The position numbers were made by a program, and so were the translations under genes. The notes under the pieces were generated by a model. The model was given only the letters and a program-made list of their open reading frames with translations. It was not told the origin of the DNA and ran no database searches. From IMG/VR virus record IMGVR_UViG_2802429243_000002: a DNA stretch of 31,374 bases; one strand, 5' to 3'. Source of the DNA: a virus. Its lineage: Duplodnaviria; Heunggongvirae; Uroviricota; Caudoviricetes. Shown here piece after piece: positions 20,297 to 28,094 of the stretch. The first letter of the stretch is position 1. Every line of letters starts with the position of its first letter.

Positions 20297-21061
20297 TTAA
20301 TCAACAATTGTGATACCGTCTTTCAATGCGTTTTGCTTACCTGCAACATCCAGTGCATCAAAAGCAGAGCGTTTCATCGTTTTCTGACCAATATCATGCT
20401 GTGTCGGACGGGAGCCGCCGCCATTGTTGCCACTGGCTTTCAGGATGTAGTCTTTCTGAGGGTAATTTTCGACGAGGAACTCCAGCGCCTCATCAAACTG
20501 CGCCAGTTCGCCAGGCTTCGCGCGGGAATAAATTTTGTTGCCGGAAGCGTCATAAGCAACGATCTTCCCTTCTTCCACTTTGAATGCCTGCCCGAAGCGG
20601 GCTTGTAATAAATCTGCCGGGATCGCAATTTTATCGGCAATATATTTTGAACCCGCAAAACTACCGCCAATCATAGAATCGTAAAGCTGCGTCTCCAGCA
20701 TCTGAGAGCGTTGCTTTTCTTCATCTAATTGCTGCTGAAAATTTTTCGTAATTTCTGCCTTAACCTGGTCAACCTGTCCCGCATCGATCAGCTTTTTCTG
20801 GTCGATTTTTGACAGCATTTCCAGTGCCTCGATCGCCTTCTTCGGGTCTTCGATAGCGGCAAACTTAGCCAGTTTTTCCTCTGCAGCTTCTTTAGCCAGG
20901 CGATGATTTTTTGCCTCGCCATTAAGCTCTGTAATTTTTTTTATCGCCAGCGGTGCATCGAAGCCGATTTCTTTACCATCGTCGTGCACATAAACTGGCA
21001 GGCCAGCAGTATCAATTTCTGCGTATTGTTTTCCGTTAATCTCGACCGTTTTCAGTTTCAT
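20297..21061 (-). CDS. Scaffolding protein
   Basis: Probable ATG at 21061 (MKLKTVEINGK...). Acidic, helix-rich, coiled-coil-like sequence between the MuF-like and capsid genes. The track start at 21133 would put a terminator inside the gene. Confidence 0.7.
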   Translation of the reverse strand: MKLKTVEINGKQYAEIDTAGLPVYVHDDGKEIGFDAPLAIKKITELNGEAKNHRLAKEAAEEKLAKFAAIEDPKKAIEALEMLSKIDQKKLIDAGQVDQVKAEITKNFQQQLDEEKQRSQMLETQLYDSMIGGSFAGSKYIADKIAIPADLLQARFGQAFKVEEGKIVAYDASGNKIYSRAKPGELAQFDEALEFLVENYPQKDYILKASGNNGGGSRPTQHDIGQKTMKRSAFDALDVAGKQNALKDGITIVD

Positions 21062-21119
21062 ATTAGTACCTGGTTTAAGTCTTCCGACAGTTACGCTGCT
21101 CACCATCCGGATCGCAGCA

Positions 21120-21147
21120 ATAAAAAAGGCCACCCGAAGGTAGCCTG
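21120..21147 (-). terminator. Rho-independent terminator between the MuF-like and scaffold genes
   Basis: Minus-strand AGGCUACC-UUCG-GGUGGCCU (8-bp stem with one G-U pair, UUCG tetraloop) followed by UUUUUUAUU. Confidence 0.7.
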
Positions 21148-21165
21148 TTGTAATAAATGATTTAT

Positions 21166-22281
21166 TTAAATCCCTGCTTTTCTGAATACCTGTGCATCAC
21201 GCTCACGGAGTTGCTTCAGCGTCAGCCATTCGCCTTTATCGGTGTAAAATTCATCTGGCGACATACCGCCATCCCGAATCAGCTTTGCCCGGGTTTCCCC
21301 CACAATCTGTTTTTGTCTAGTGTAAGGCTGACGCAAAAACCATTCCCTGTAGGTTGTATCTCCGGCCACCACGCCATCCATGCTGGCCCGCTCAGCCGGG
21401 GAAATATCACGAACATCAATACCCAGTTCCTTCGCTGATTTCAGAATGAACGTTTCCGTTGAGCGGCAGCAGAAATGAATTTTTCCCGGCCCATGCAAAT
21501 AAGGCACACTGTGACCTACAGGTTTATTATCCAGCGTATATTTGAGGCGATCCCTGATTCGACATTGTGGCGTAGTACGATTATCAAGCGTTGATAACCA
21601 TTGCTTACCCTTAATCAAATCATTATTCGCGCTGGCAAAACTCTCACGGGCAGTAGCAGCAAGATGTCCAACCGCTGTTTTTGCAATGCTGGCCGCATTA
21701 GCCCGGCTCATCTGCAATGCACCATCCTGAAATCCCTTGCTGACATGTCCCCGAATTTTTCTTGCGATCTGCTCATTGGTATCCCCCAGCAAAAAACCCT
21801 GACGCACCGTATTTGTTATGCGTCTGAGCCGATCCGCCTCAAGATCCAAGGCCCACTCACTGAGCAGTCGTCCCTGGAATGGTCGCGCCATTGCAGCGGC
21901 GTAAAGTGCATCAGAAGATATACCAACCAGAGGGTGAACATCAGCAACAAAATCAGGTAGCAGAGAATCAAACAGACTTAACTGATAACCAGCCTCATAA
22001 ATTGCCAGCTCGTTCAGCTCTCCGGAGAGACTGGTAAACATGCTGTTAATAGCAGCGCGGTTAACCTCTCTGACACTCGCCAGAAGTGACTCCAGGCGCG
22101 TAACGGTAAAACTACCAGGATCGAGGCTGTCCAGTGCTACCAGCAGGCGAGCTGTAAGCTCCGCATCGCTGTCATTCAGTATTTTCACCATTCTGGCAGC
22201 CACACCAGTGCTATAGCGGGATATCCAGACTGCATGAGCAATTGATTCATCACGCAGCCGTTCATTCACGGTTTGCATCAT
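21166..22281 (-). CDS. Head morphogenesis protein (phage Mu F / SPP1 gp7 family)
   Basis: 371 aa immediately downstream of the portal gene; contains a TTPQCR-type motif typical of MuF-like minor head proteins. Confidence 0.8.
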   Translation of the reverse strand: MMQTVNERLRDESIAHAVWISRYSTGVAARMVKILNDSDAELTARLLVALDSLDPGSFTVTRLESLLASVREVNRAAINSMFTSLSGELNELAIYEAGYQLSLFDSLLPDFVADVHPLVGISSDALYAAAMARPFQGRLLSEWALDLEADRLRRITNTVRQGFLLGDTNEQIARKIRGHVSKGFQDGALQMSRANAASIAKTAVGHLAATARESFASANNDLIKGKQWLSTLDNRTTPQCRIRDRLKYTLDNKPVGHSVPYLHGPGKIHFCCRSTETFILKSAKELGIDVRDISPAERASMDGVVAGDTTYREWFLRQPYTRQKQIVGETRAKLIRDGGMSPDEFYTDKGEWLTLKQLRERDAQVFRKAGI

Positions 22282-23668
22282 TGATTTCCATCAACATTAC
22301 ACTCTGATTTTTTAATTCATCGATCACATCCTCTGGACGGGAATCCTGATCGATAAATTTCAACGCCTGCAACACCCGAACCGCATCAATCTGACGTATA
22401 TCACCGCCCTGACGCAATGACTGAACAGCCAGCGCGGAGGATGAGTCAAACACCTGGGCAGATACATCCAGTTCAGTGCGCACATCCACATTGCCACCGC
22501 AACTCTCTCCGCTCCATTCCGCCATTATCTGGAGAATATTATCGAGGGCATCTTCGAGGGAGTTCGCCATTGTATAAAGCGGCGAGTGTTCCTGCATCCG
22601 CTCTTCATTAGTCTGATCAACAGATTTGGTGGATGTATTTTCAGCCCGCAGAAGTTTAGCGCCGGCATGACGCATCTGATTTTCCAGCTTCTCAAGTGAT
22701 GTTTCGCCAGATTCTATCGCTGCGCCACTATGTTCAACATATTCGAGGCCATTTTTTGTTCTGTCCTCAAAAATCGTAGCCGTGGATGCACCAACCGTCA
22801 GTTCTTCATTCCTGTCCAGCCCGTAGGCCACCAGCAATGGAACGCGGGCAACATGAAGAATATTGTCCTGCTCGCTCTGGCTTTGCCAGTGCTTGATATT
22901 CAGCAAGCCAAGATTAAGCAATGGCGGTGTACCACGCATAAACCCTGTTTTCTTCGTATACAGTGTTACCAGAGGAATATCATCACGGCTGGTATTCCAT
23001 GACTCATGAAGCATCCAGACAGATTCGCCATTAGTACCTTCGCTGCGTCGATAAATTTCTACTCGACGGGGCATAATATGGCGGATCTGCTCCACCTTCT
23101 TCTGCCCGAAATCATCACCATCAATAATGATGACCTCTTTTATACGCAAATCAGTGAGAACAACTTTCCCTTTTTCAACTTTCGATTTCCATCCAATAAC
23201 CTGGCGTGGATTCAGCATCGTAACGTACGGGCGACCACCGGCCGCGTTTTCATCGGCTTTTGTCCGAATCTCGTTCATATCCGTTCGTGGATAGTCCACC
23301 AGCGCATGTGCCACACCATACTGAAATGCGAGACTGAAAAATTGCTGCGCCCACACATCCAGTCGGCTCCCCTCCATGTCGATATTTTCTGCATATTCCC
23401 TGATTTTTTCCGGCGTTTCCTCACTCAATACTGTCGGCTCTGCAAATATGCGCCCAATATTTTGTTTGATGCTTTCTTCATACACAGGAAGTAACGTAGC
23501 CACAGACAGGCGTTTTTTATAAGCGTCTTCATCTTCATTAGGCCATTTGGGGAGATAATTTTCCCCCTGCCTGCGCATTTCAAGCGTACCGCCCATCAAT
23601 GCGTCGTTAATATCCCACGCCTCCAGCATATCGTTATAGTCGAGGTTGGGTGTTGATATATCAGCCAT
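22262..23668 (-). CDS. Portal protein
   Basis: 468 aa between terminase large subunit and MuF-like gene, with portal-typical size. Assigned mainly by synteny. Confidence 0.75.
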   Translation of the reverse strand: MADISTPNLDYNDMLEAWDINDALMGGTLEMRRQGENYLPKWPNEDEDAYKKRLSVATLLPVYEESIKQNIGRIFAEPTVLSEETPEKIREYAENIDMEGSRLDVWAQQFFSLAFQYGVAHALVDYPRTDMNEIRTKADENAAGGRPYVTMLNPRQVIGWKSKVEKGKVVLTDLRIKEVIIIDGDDFGQKKVEQIRHIMPRRVEIYRRSEGTNGESVWMLHESWNTSRDDIPLVTLYTKKTGFMRGTPPLLNLGLLNIKHWQSQSEQDNILHVARVPLLVAYGLDRNEELTVGASTATIFEDRTKNGLEYVEHSGAAIESGETSLEKLENQMRHAGAKLLRAENTSTKSVDQTNEERMQEHSPLYTMANSLEDALDNILQIMAEWSGESCGGNVDVRTELDVSAQVFDSSSALAVQSLRQGGDIRQIDAVRVLQALKFIDQDSRPEDVIDELKNQSVMLMEINDANRE

Positions 23669-23670
23669 AA

Positions 23671-24981
23671 TTAAATCCGAAGTGATGTGACTCTTCCGGT
23701 CGGTTTGACAATAGGGAATTGCTTAACGATGAAATAACCTCCGGCATCATTCGGGTGATCATTGCCAGATTTTTTATCAGGCTCCCCCTTATCATCCCAG
23801 ACCTGTTGCTCCAGAGATTCGGCATATACCGGACAACGCTTCACATTAACTTTATAGCGACGCTCACCATTGGCATTGCAGAACATTGCATTCATTGAGT
23901 TAACGCGATCTTTTACTGGCGGGTTCGAGCTGTTCACCACAACGTTAAAACCTGCCTGCTTAAGCTGGGCTATATCCGTCGTACTTGCGTTACTTGATTT
24001 TCTGGAATCTCCGGAAGCATCTGGATAAATATAAATCTCCCTCACTTTCCGGTAATCATGCCCGTCATACAGCCAGAAGCGTTCTTTAATGAGGCGGATC
24101 ATATCCGGCGTATCGTAGGCATTGATGATTTCAGTTACCGCACATGGAAGCCCCAAACGCAGCACATGGACGATTCCCGCCATCTTTCCAACGTTAAAAT
24201 CCATCCCAATATAAATCGGCTCCCCTGGCTGCTCCACTTCTTCGCAATTATTCAGTTTCCGGTCAAACTGATGGTAAACAGTACCACTTGTCAGGTTAGT
24301 AAACCGTCCTAGAAGATAGGCTTTAATCAGCTCTGGAGGGTATGATTCAAGAAGTGAAGGAATGTAATCTGCTGGCAGGTTCTTTTCATTATCGAAAGTA
24401 GATGCCTGCACCAGACCATACAGTGAGGCCAGCTCTGTTTTTTCACGCACGGCTTTAACAAACTGCTCGTAGACAAATTTGAATCCTTCCGGCGTGGTTG
24501 TAACGTCAATACCGTTGCGAAGTCCATCAATCTTATAACGCATACGCGCAATTATCTTGCGCCACGCCGTTCTGGCTTTTTCCTTCGGCAAAATGTCCAG
24601 TTCATCCACCAGCGCATTACCAATTTTGAAACCGACGATCGTTTGTGGCTTCTCCATCGATCTGCAGATAGTGGTTCCCCGATACTGGCGTCCGTAATAA
24701 AAGTGAACCTCTTTATTTCCCTCATTAATTTTTACGTTCAATCCCCAGTCAGCAGCAACTTCTTCCACTGTAGGGTAAAAAATATCGCGAATTTGGGGAT
24801 ACGTTGGCGCAAAATATCCCTGATTTATACCTGGATGCTCCCAAATCCCCTTGCATATGCCGCCACACCCAACCCATGTTTTGCCCGAGCCAAAACCAGC
24901 AATATAGGCTTTAAATTTATGGGGCATTGAAAGAAATCGCGCCTGAGGCACATTAAGCGTCGGAGAGATCATCTTCATCAC
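23671..24981 (-). CDS. Terminase large subunit
   Basis: 436 aa with a Walker A-like motif (AGFGSGKT) near the N-terminus and an acidic nuclease-like C-terminal half. Overlaps the terS 3' end. Confidence 0.85.
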   Translation of the reverse strand: MMKMISPTLNVPQARFLSMPHKFKAYIAGFGSGKTWVGCGGICKGIWEHPGINQGYFAPTYPQIRDIFYPTVEEVAADWGLNVKINEGNKEVHFYYGRQYRGTTICRSMEKPQTIVGFKIGNALVDELDILPKEKARTAWRKIIARMRYKIDGLRNGIDVTTTPEGFKFVYEQFVKAVREKTELASLYGLVQASTFDNEKNLPADYIPSLLESYPPELIKAYLLGRFTNLTSGTVYHQFDRKLNNCEEVEQPGEPIYIGMDFNVGKMAGIVHVLRLGLPCAVTEIINAYDTPDMIRLIKERFWLYDGHDYRKVREIYIYPDASGDSRKSSNASTTDIAQLKQAGFNVVVNSSNPPVKDRVNSMNAMFCNANGERRYKVNVKRCPVYAESLEQQVWDDKGEPDKKSGNDHPNDAGGYFIVKQFPIVKPTGRVTSLRI

Positions 24982-26047
24982 TCCTTAATCTGGCATCAAC
25001 CACATTAATATTGATCGCCACAGGCTGGGGATGTTCATTATCCTCCACCGTTTCGATCTCTTTGCGCAGCTTCTGGTTTTCTATTCTGCGCCGTTCAATT
25101 TCCAGTTCCTGTAGCCGCTTATCTGCACATAATGCCCCGCCAGCAGAAAGCAAACGCAACAATTCACGCCGGGCGGCAGCCTTATCCTCCAGCAGGATCT
25201 CAACACCGTATTTTCCGAGCTTTGACCCTGCATATAATTGCCGCGCATCCCCATCAAGCAGTGTGGTATCAGCCATATAAAGCTGTCCTGTTCCCTCACC
25301 GCAGCACTTCGGGCAATCAGGATTGGGTATGGCGTTATCAACAAAGCCGAGGCCTCCATATTCCGGCTCGGGTTTACCATCTCTGGAGGCCTGTGCCGCA
25401 GCCTTATCGAATTCTGCAATATCACGCCACTGGTAGAGATGATTCTCGCCCCAGCAATAACGGCAGTTAACACGGCGAAATTGTGCCAACTGATTGGGGT
25501 CGGCCTGGACAATGGCCATCAACTGGCTCACCAGTAAATCCAGGTCTGCGGTATAGCGTTTCTGGTACTGATTGCGGAAGTAGCTGATAGCACTATAAAC
25601 CCTGGCATTTCTAAGCATACGGCTGGCGTTGCTGTTAGCTGTCGCACCTTGCCCCTCATAACCAGCCAGTCGGTATGCCTCTGTCGGCTTTTTCCCCTGA
25701 GCAACCAACATGGCGAATTTTGCCTGCTGGTCAGAAATACCGAATTCATCGGGGCAGAACGAAATTTCTTCCGTGTCCCCCTCAATCAGGAGTGCATCGG
25801 ATACAGCCTTTTTTTTCTGAGATTTTCCGTTCTGCCTTTGCGCAGTCTGCGCAGTTTTTTTTCGCGCACTTTTTTGCGCAGTTTTGCGCATTTCTTTCTG
25901 CGCATTTTTAGGAGTTTTTTTGATGTAACGACGAGCTGTTGCGTAGTTCAGTCCCCTTGCTTCACACCATGCCACCGGAGATATACCGGAGCGGGTGTAT
26001 TCAGCAATATACTCCTGCTGCAACGCCCCCCAGTCCGGTCTGCTCAT
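24953..26047 (-). CDS. Terminase small subunit (N-terminal HTH, Lys-rich linker, Terminase_2-like core)
   Basis: 364 aa. Central segment FGISDQQAKFAMLVAQGKKPTEAYRLAGYEG...NASRMLRNARV resembles the terminase small subunit family; located directly upstream of terL. Confidence 0.8.
   Translation of the reverse strand: MSRPDWGALQQEYIAEYTRSGISPVAWCEARGLNYATARRYIKKTPKNAQKEMRKTAQKSARKKTAQTAQRQNGKSQKKKAVSDALLIEGDTEEISFCPDEFGISDQQAKFAMLVAQGKKPTEAYRLAGYEGQGATANSNASRMLRNARVYSAISYFRNQYQKRYTADLDLLVSQLMAIVQADPNQLAQFRRVNCRYCWGENHLYQWRDIAEFDKAAAQASRDGKPEPEYGGLGFVDNAIPNPDCPKCCGEGTGQLYMADTTLLDGDARQLYAGSKLGKYGVEILLEDKAAARRELLRLLSAGGALCADKRLQELEIERRRIENQKLRKEIETVEDNEHPQPVAININVVDARLRSDEDDLSDA
25839..25905. repeat. 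Array of six TGCGCA-type palindromic hexamers in T-rich context inside terS (candidate pac site)
   Basis: TGCGCA at 25839, 25848, 25875, 25885, 25899 and a TCGCGCA variant near 25862, spaced 9-15 bp apart, each preceded by a T-run. Confidence 0.5.
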
Positions 26048-26050
26048 CAG

Positions 26051-26302
26051 TTAGTCCTGATTTTTATCCACCCTGAGTAGTTCGCGCAGAGCAAAGGCAT
26101 CCCCTTTTCTGGCAAGCTTAAACAATGCCGCTCGTAACTCGGCTTCACCTTTCGCTCTGCCCTTACGGATGGCCGCATAAAAATCTGTCATTGCTTCCCG
26201 ATTTTCTTTCAGTCGGTTCAGATCAACATCCAGAACGTCAGCGATTTGTTGTGCAGTCATCCGGCACGCTGCCAGAGACTCGACTTTCGAATACGGAATC
26301 AT
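26051..26302 (-). CDS. Small putative HTH DNA-binding protein (Nu1-like N-terminal pattern)
   Basis: 83 aa with a GGGGGTGA SD-like sequence upstream. MTAQQIADVLDVDLNRL resembles winged-HTH packaging proteins. The start is uncertain because of a 65-nt overlap with the upstream gene. Confidence 0.6.
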   Translation of the reverse strand: MIPYSKVESLAACRMTAQQIADVLDVDLNRLKENREAMTDFYAAIRKGRAKGEAELRAALFKLARKGDAFALRELLRVDKNQD

Positions 26303-27170
26303 TTGTCACCCCCATTGATATGCAGGGTGTCTTCTTCCTGTATTTTTCGTGAAGGATTTTTACTGCAGCGTTGTTCCAGGTGACCTGATGGTGAATGCGT
26401 TTATGGCTGGCACCCATCAGTGAGATTTTTACGCACGACGGCGAATACATGACGGAGTAAAAACTTTTAACGTAGGTTCCGGAATCCAGATACAGCTCGG
26501 TCATTCCGCCGCTGTTTTTCTGCGTCTGTTTCTGCCCTAACTGGACAGCACCGATCGTCATAAACAATTCACCACAGCGACCGAGATTCGTGTACGTATT
26601 CACATCCTCGTTAATGCGCCCCATGAATGAGAACGGTCGATCAACCGAACAGATAAAGCTGTTCATTGCCTTGCGTTTCACCCACGAAGCATGGCCGCCA
26701 TTGTCACCAAGAAAATCCCCGCCCTGCGACATAGCGATGGAAAGCGCGGGTATTGATTCGTAATACGCCAGCATTTCAGAAAGGATCGCATCCAGTTTCC
26801 TTATCGGGAAATAGGCCTGGTCATAGTTGCGATCCACCCGAAACTGGAACTCGTGATAATCATCATCGAGCTGAATGAAGTATTTACACCCGACCAGTTT
26901 TGCCAGGTCGAAACAGGCATTACGGGCGTAAAAAATTGAGCGGCGGTCACCAAAATTATCGGCTTCGTCAAAACGACTGGCAATATCGGCTTTGGAAAAT
27001 ACCAGCACCTGTTCACCAAATTCAGCCATGTACTGATGCCGTGTCTTATCTTCATCATCAACAACGATAAAAATTTTCCCGGTATAGCCAGCACGACGCA
27101 ACGTCCGGTAAGTCAGAACTTTGTCCGGTCGCCCGTGAGTCAGAATAAAGGCGCAAAAATCATCACGCAT
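26238..27170 (-). CDS. GT-A-fold (family 2-like) glycosyltransferase-like protein
   Basis: Probable ATG at 27170 preceded by a strong AGGAGGAGGAGG SD. Three motifs in GT2-like order and spacing: ILTHGRPD (cf. IPTYNRP), VVDDEDKT (cf. DDGSTD) and QLDDDY (DxD). No obvious transmembrane segment. Confidence 0.6.
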   Translation of the reverse strand: MRDDFCAFILTHGRPDKVLTYRTLRRAGYTGKIFIVVDDEDKTRHQYMAEFGEQVLVFSKADIASRFDEADNFGDRRSIFYARNACFDLAKLVGCKYFIQLDDDYHEFQFRVDRNYDQAYFPIRKLDAILSEMLAYYESIPALSIAMSQGGDFLGDNGGHASWVKRKAMNSFICSVDRPFSFMGRINEDVNTYTNLGRCGELFMTIGAVQLGQKQTQKNSGGMTELYLDSGTYVKSFYSVMYSPSCVKISLMGASHKRIHHQVTWNNAAVKILHEKYRKKTPCISMGVTNDSVFESRVSGSVPDDCTTNR

Positions 27171-27957
27171 ATTCCTCCTCCTCCTCCCCGCCATGCATGA
27201 TCTCCACCATGCGCTGCGTCATTCGGACAAATCCATTTTCAATAGCCTGCTGATAATCAATGATCACCAGCGCCGACTCCTCGAAAAGGCACTGAATTTC
27301 AGCGGGGGCATGAGCGTAATAGTCCGCAATTCTGCTGAAATTAAACACTGTGTGACGTTCTGCCGCACACAGGAGGAATTTCTCAATATCAGGATCAAGG
27401 GACGCCGAACGTATCCGGCTGATCAGCTCCTGAGTTTTCGTATCGTCGTAAAGTTCACTGATATCCGGTTTACCGCCCGACGGCTCATAAACAGGCGTAT
27501 CAATTTTCGTCGTATACGGCTCCTCCTCATTTCCTGTACCGGGCAAAACATCCGTCAACAGTTCATCAATTTCTGTCGGGATGAAGCCTGTCAGGGAGAC
27601 ATCAAAATCAGCATTGATTAGGTCCGACAGCTCCATCCGCAACAGATCTTCATCCCAGCCAGCATTCATCGGCAGGCGATTATCTGCCAGGCGGTACGCC
27701 TTTTTCTGCTCATCCGTCAGGCCAGACAGAACAATGACCGGAACAGAATCCATTTTGAGCATTTCAGCCGCCATAACACGACCGTGACCCGCAATAATTT
27801 CGCCCTTTTCGTCAATCAGCACCGGATTAGTCCAGCCGAATTGCTTAATACTTTCTACCAGTTGTGCCACCTGCTCAGTACTGTGCGTCCTGGCGTTGTG
27901 CGCATACGGTGACAATTCTTGTAATGGGCGATAGACTATCTTTAATTTCTCGCTCAT
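27163..27957 (-). CDS. ParB-like nuclease (ParB N-terminal / sulfiredoxin-fold) domain protein
   Basis: 264 aa. N-terminal region (LQELSPYAHNARTHSTEQVAQLVESIKQFGWTNPVLID...IIAGHGRVMAA) matches the ParB N-terminal domain pattern; acidic GGEEEEEYA C-terminus. Confidence 0.8.
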   Translation of the reverse strand: MSEKLKIVYRPLQELSPYAHNARTHSTEQVAQLVESIKQFGWTNPVLIDEKGEIIAGHGRVMAAEMLKMDSVPVIVLSGLTDEQKKAYRLADNRLPMNAGWDEDLLRMELSDLINADFDVSLTGFIPTEIDELLTDVLPGTGNEEEPYTTKIDTPVYEPSGGKPDISELYDDTKTQELISRIRSASLDPDIEKFLLCAAERHTVFNFSRIADYYAHAPAEIQCLFEESALVIIDYQQAIENGFVRMTQRMVEIMHGGEEEEEYA

Positions 27958-28094
27958 ACAGCCTTGCTTTATGAATAAAACGCACCCCAGCAGCCAGTGC
28001 TACTGGGGGCGGAGGTGTTGCTGGTAAAGTTAGGTATTGGATCAATGAGTGAGTCAACATAATATTAAACTCACAATTATAAATCAGCCATATA

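Noticed and set aside
21062-21133. Longer N-terminal extension of the scaffold gene (track start at 21133)
   Set aside because: The extension would place a strong intrinsic terminator inside the coding region; the ATG at 21061 gives a cleaner start.
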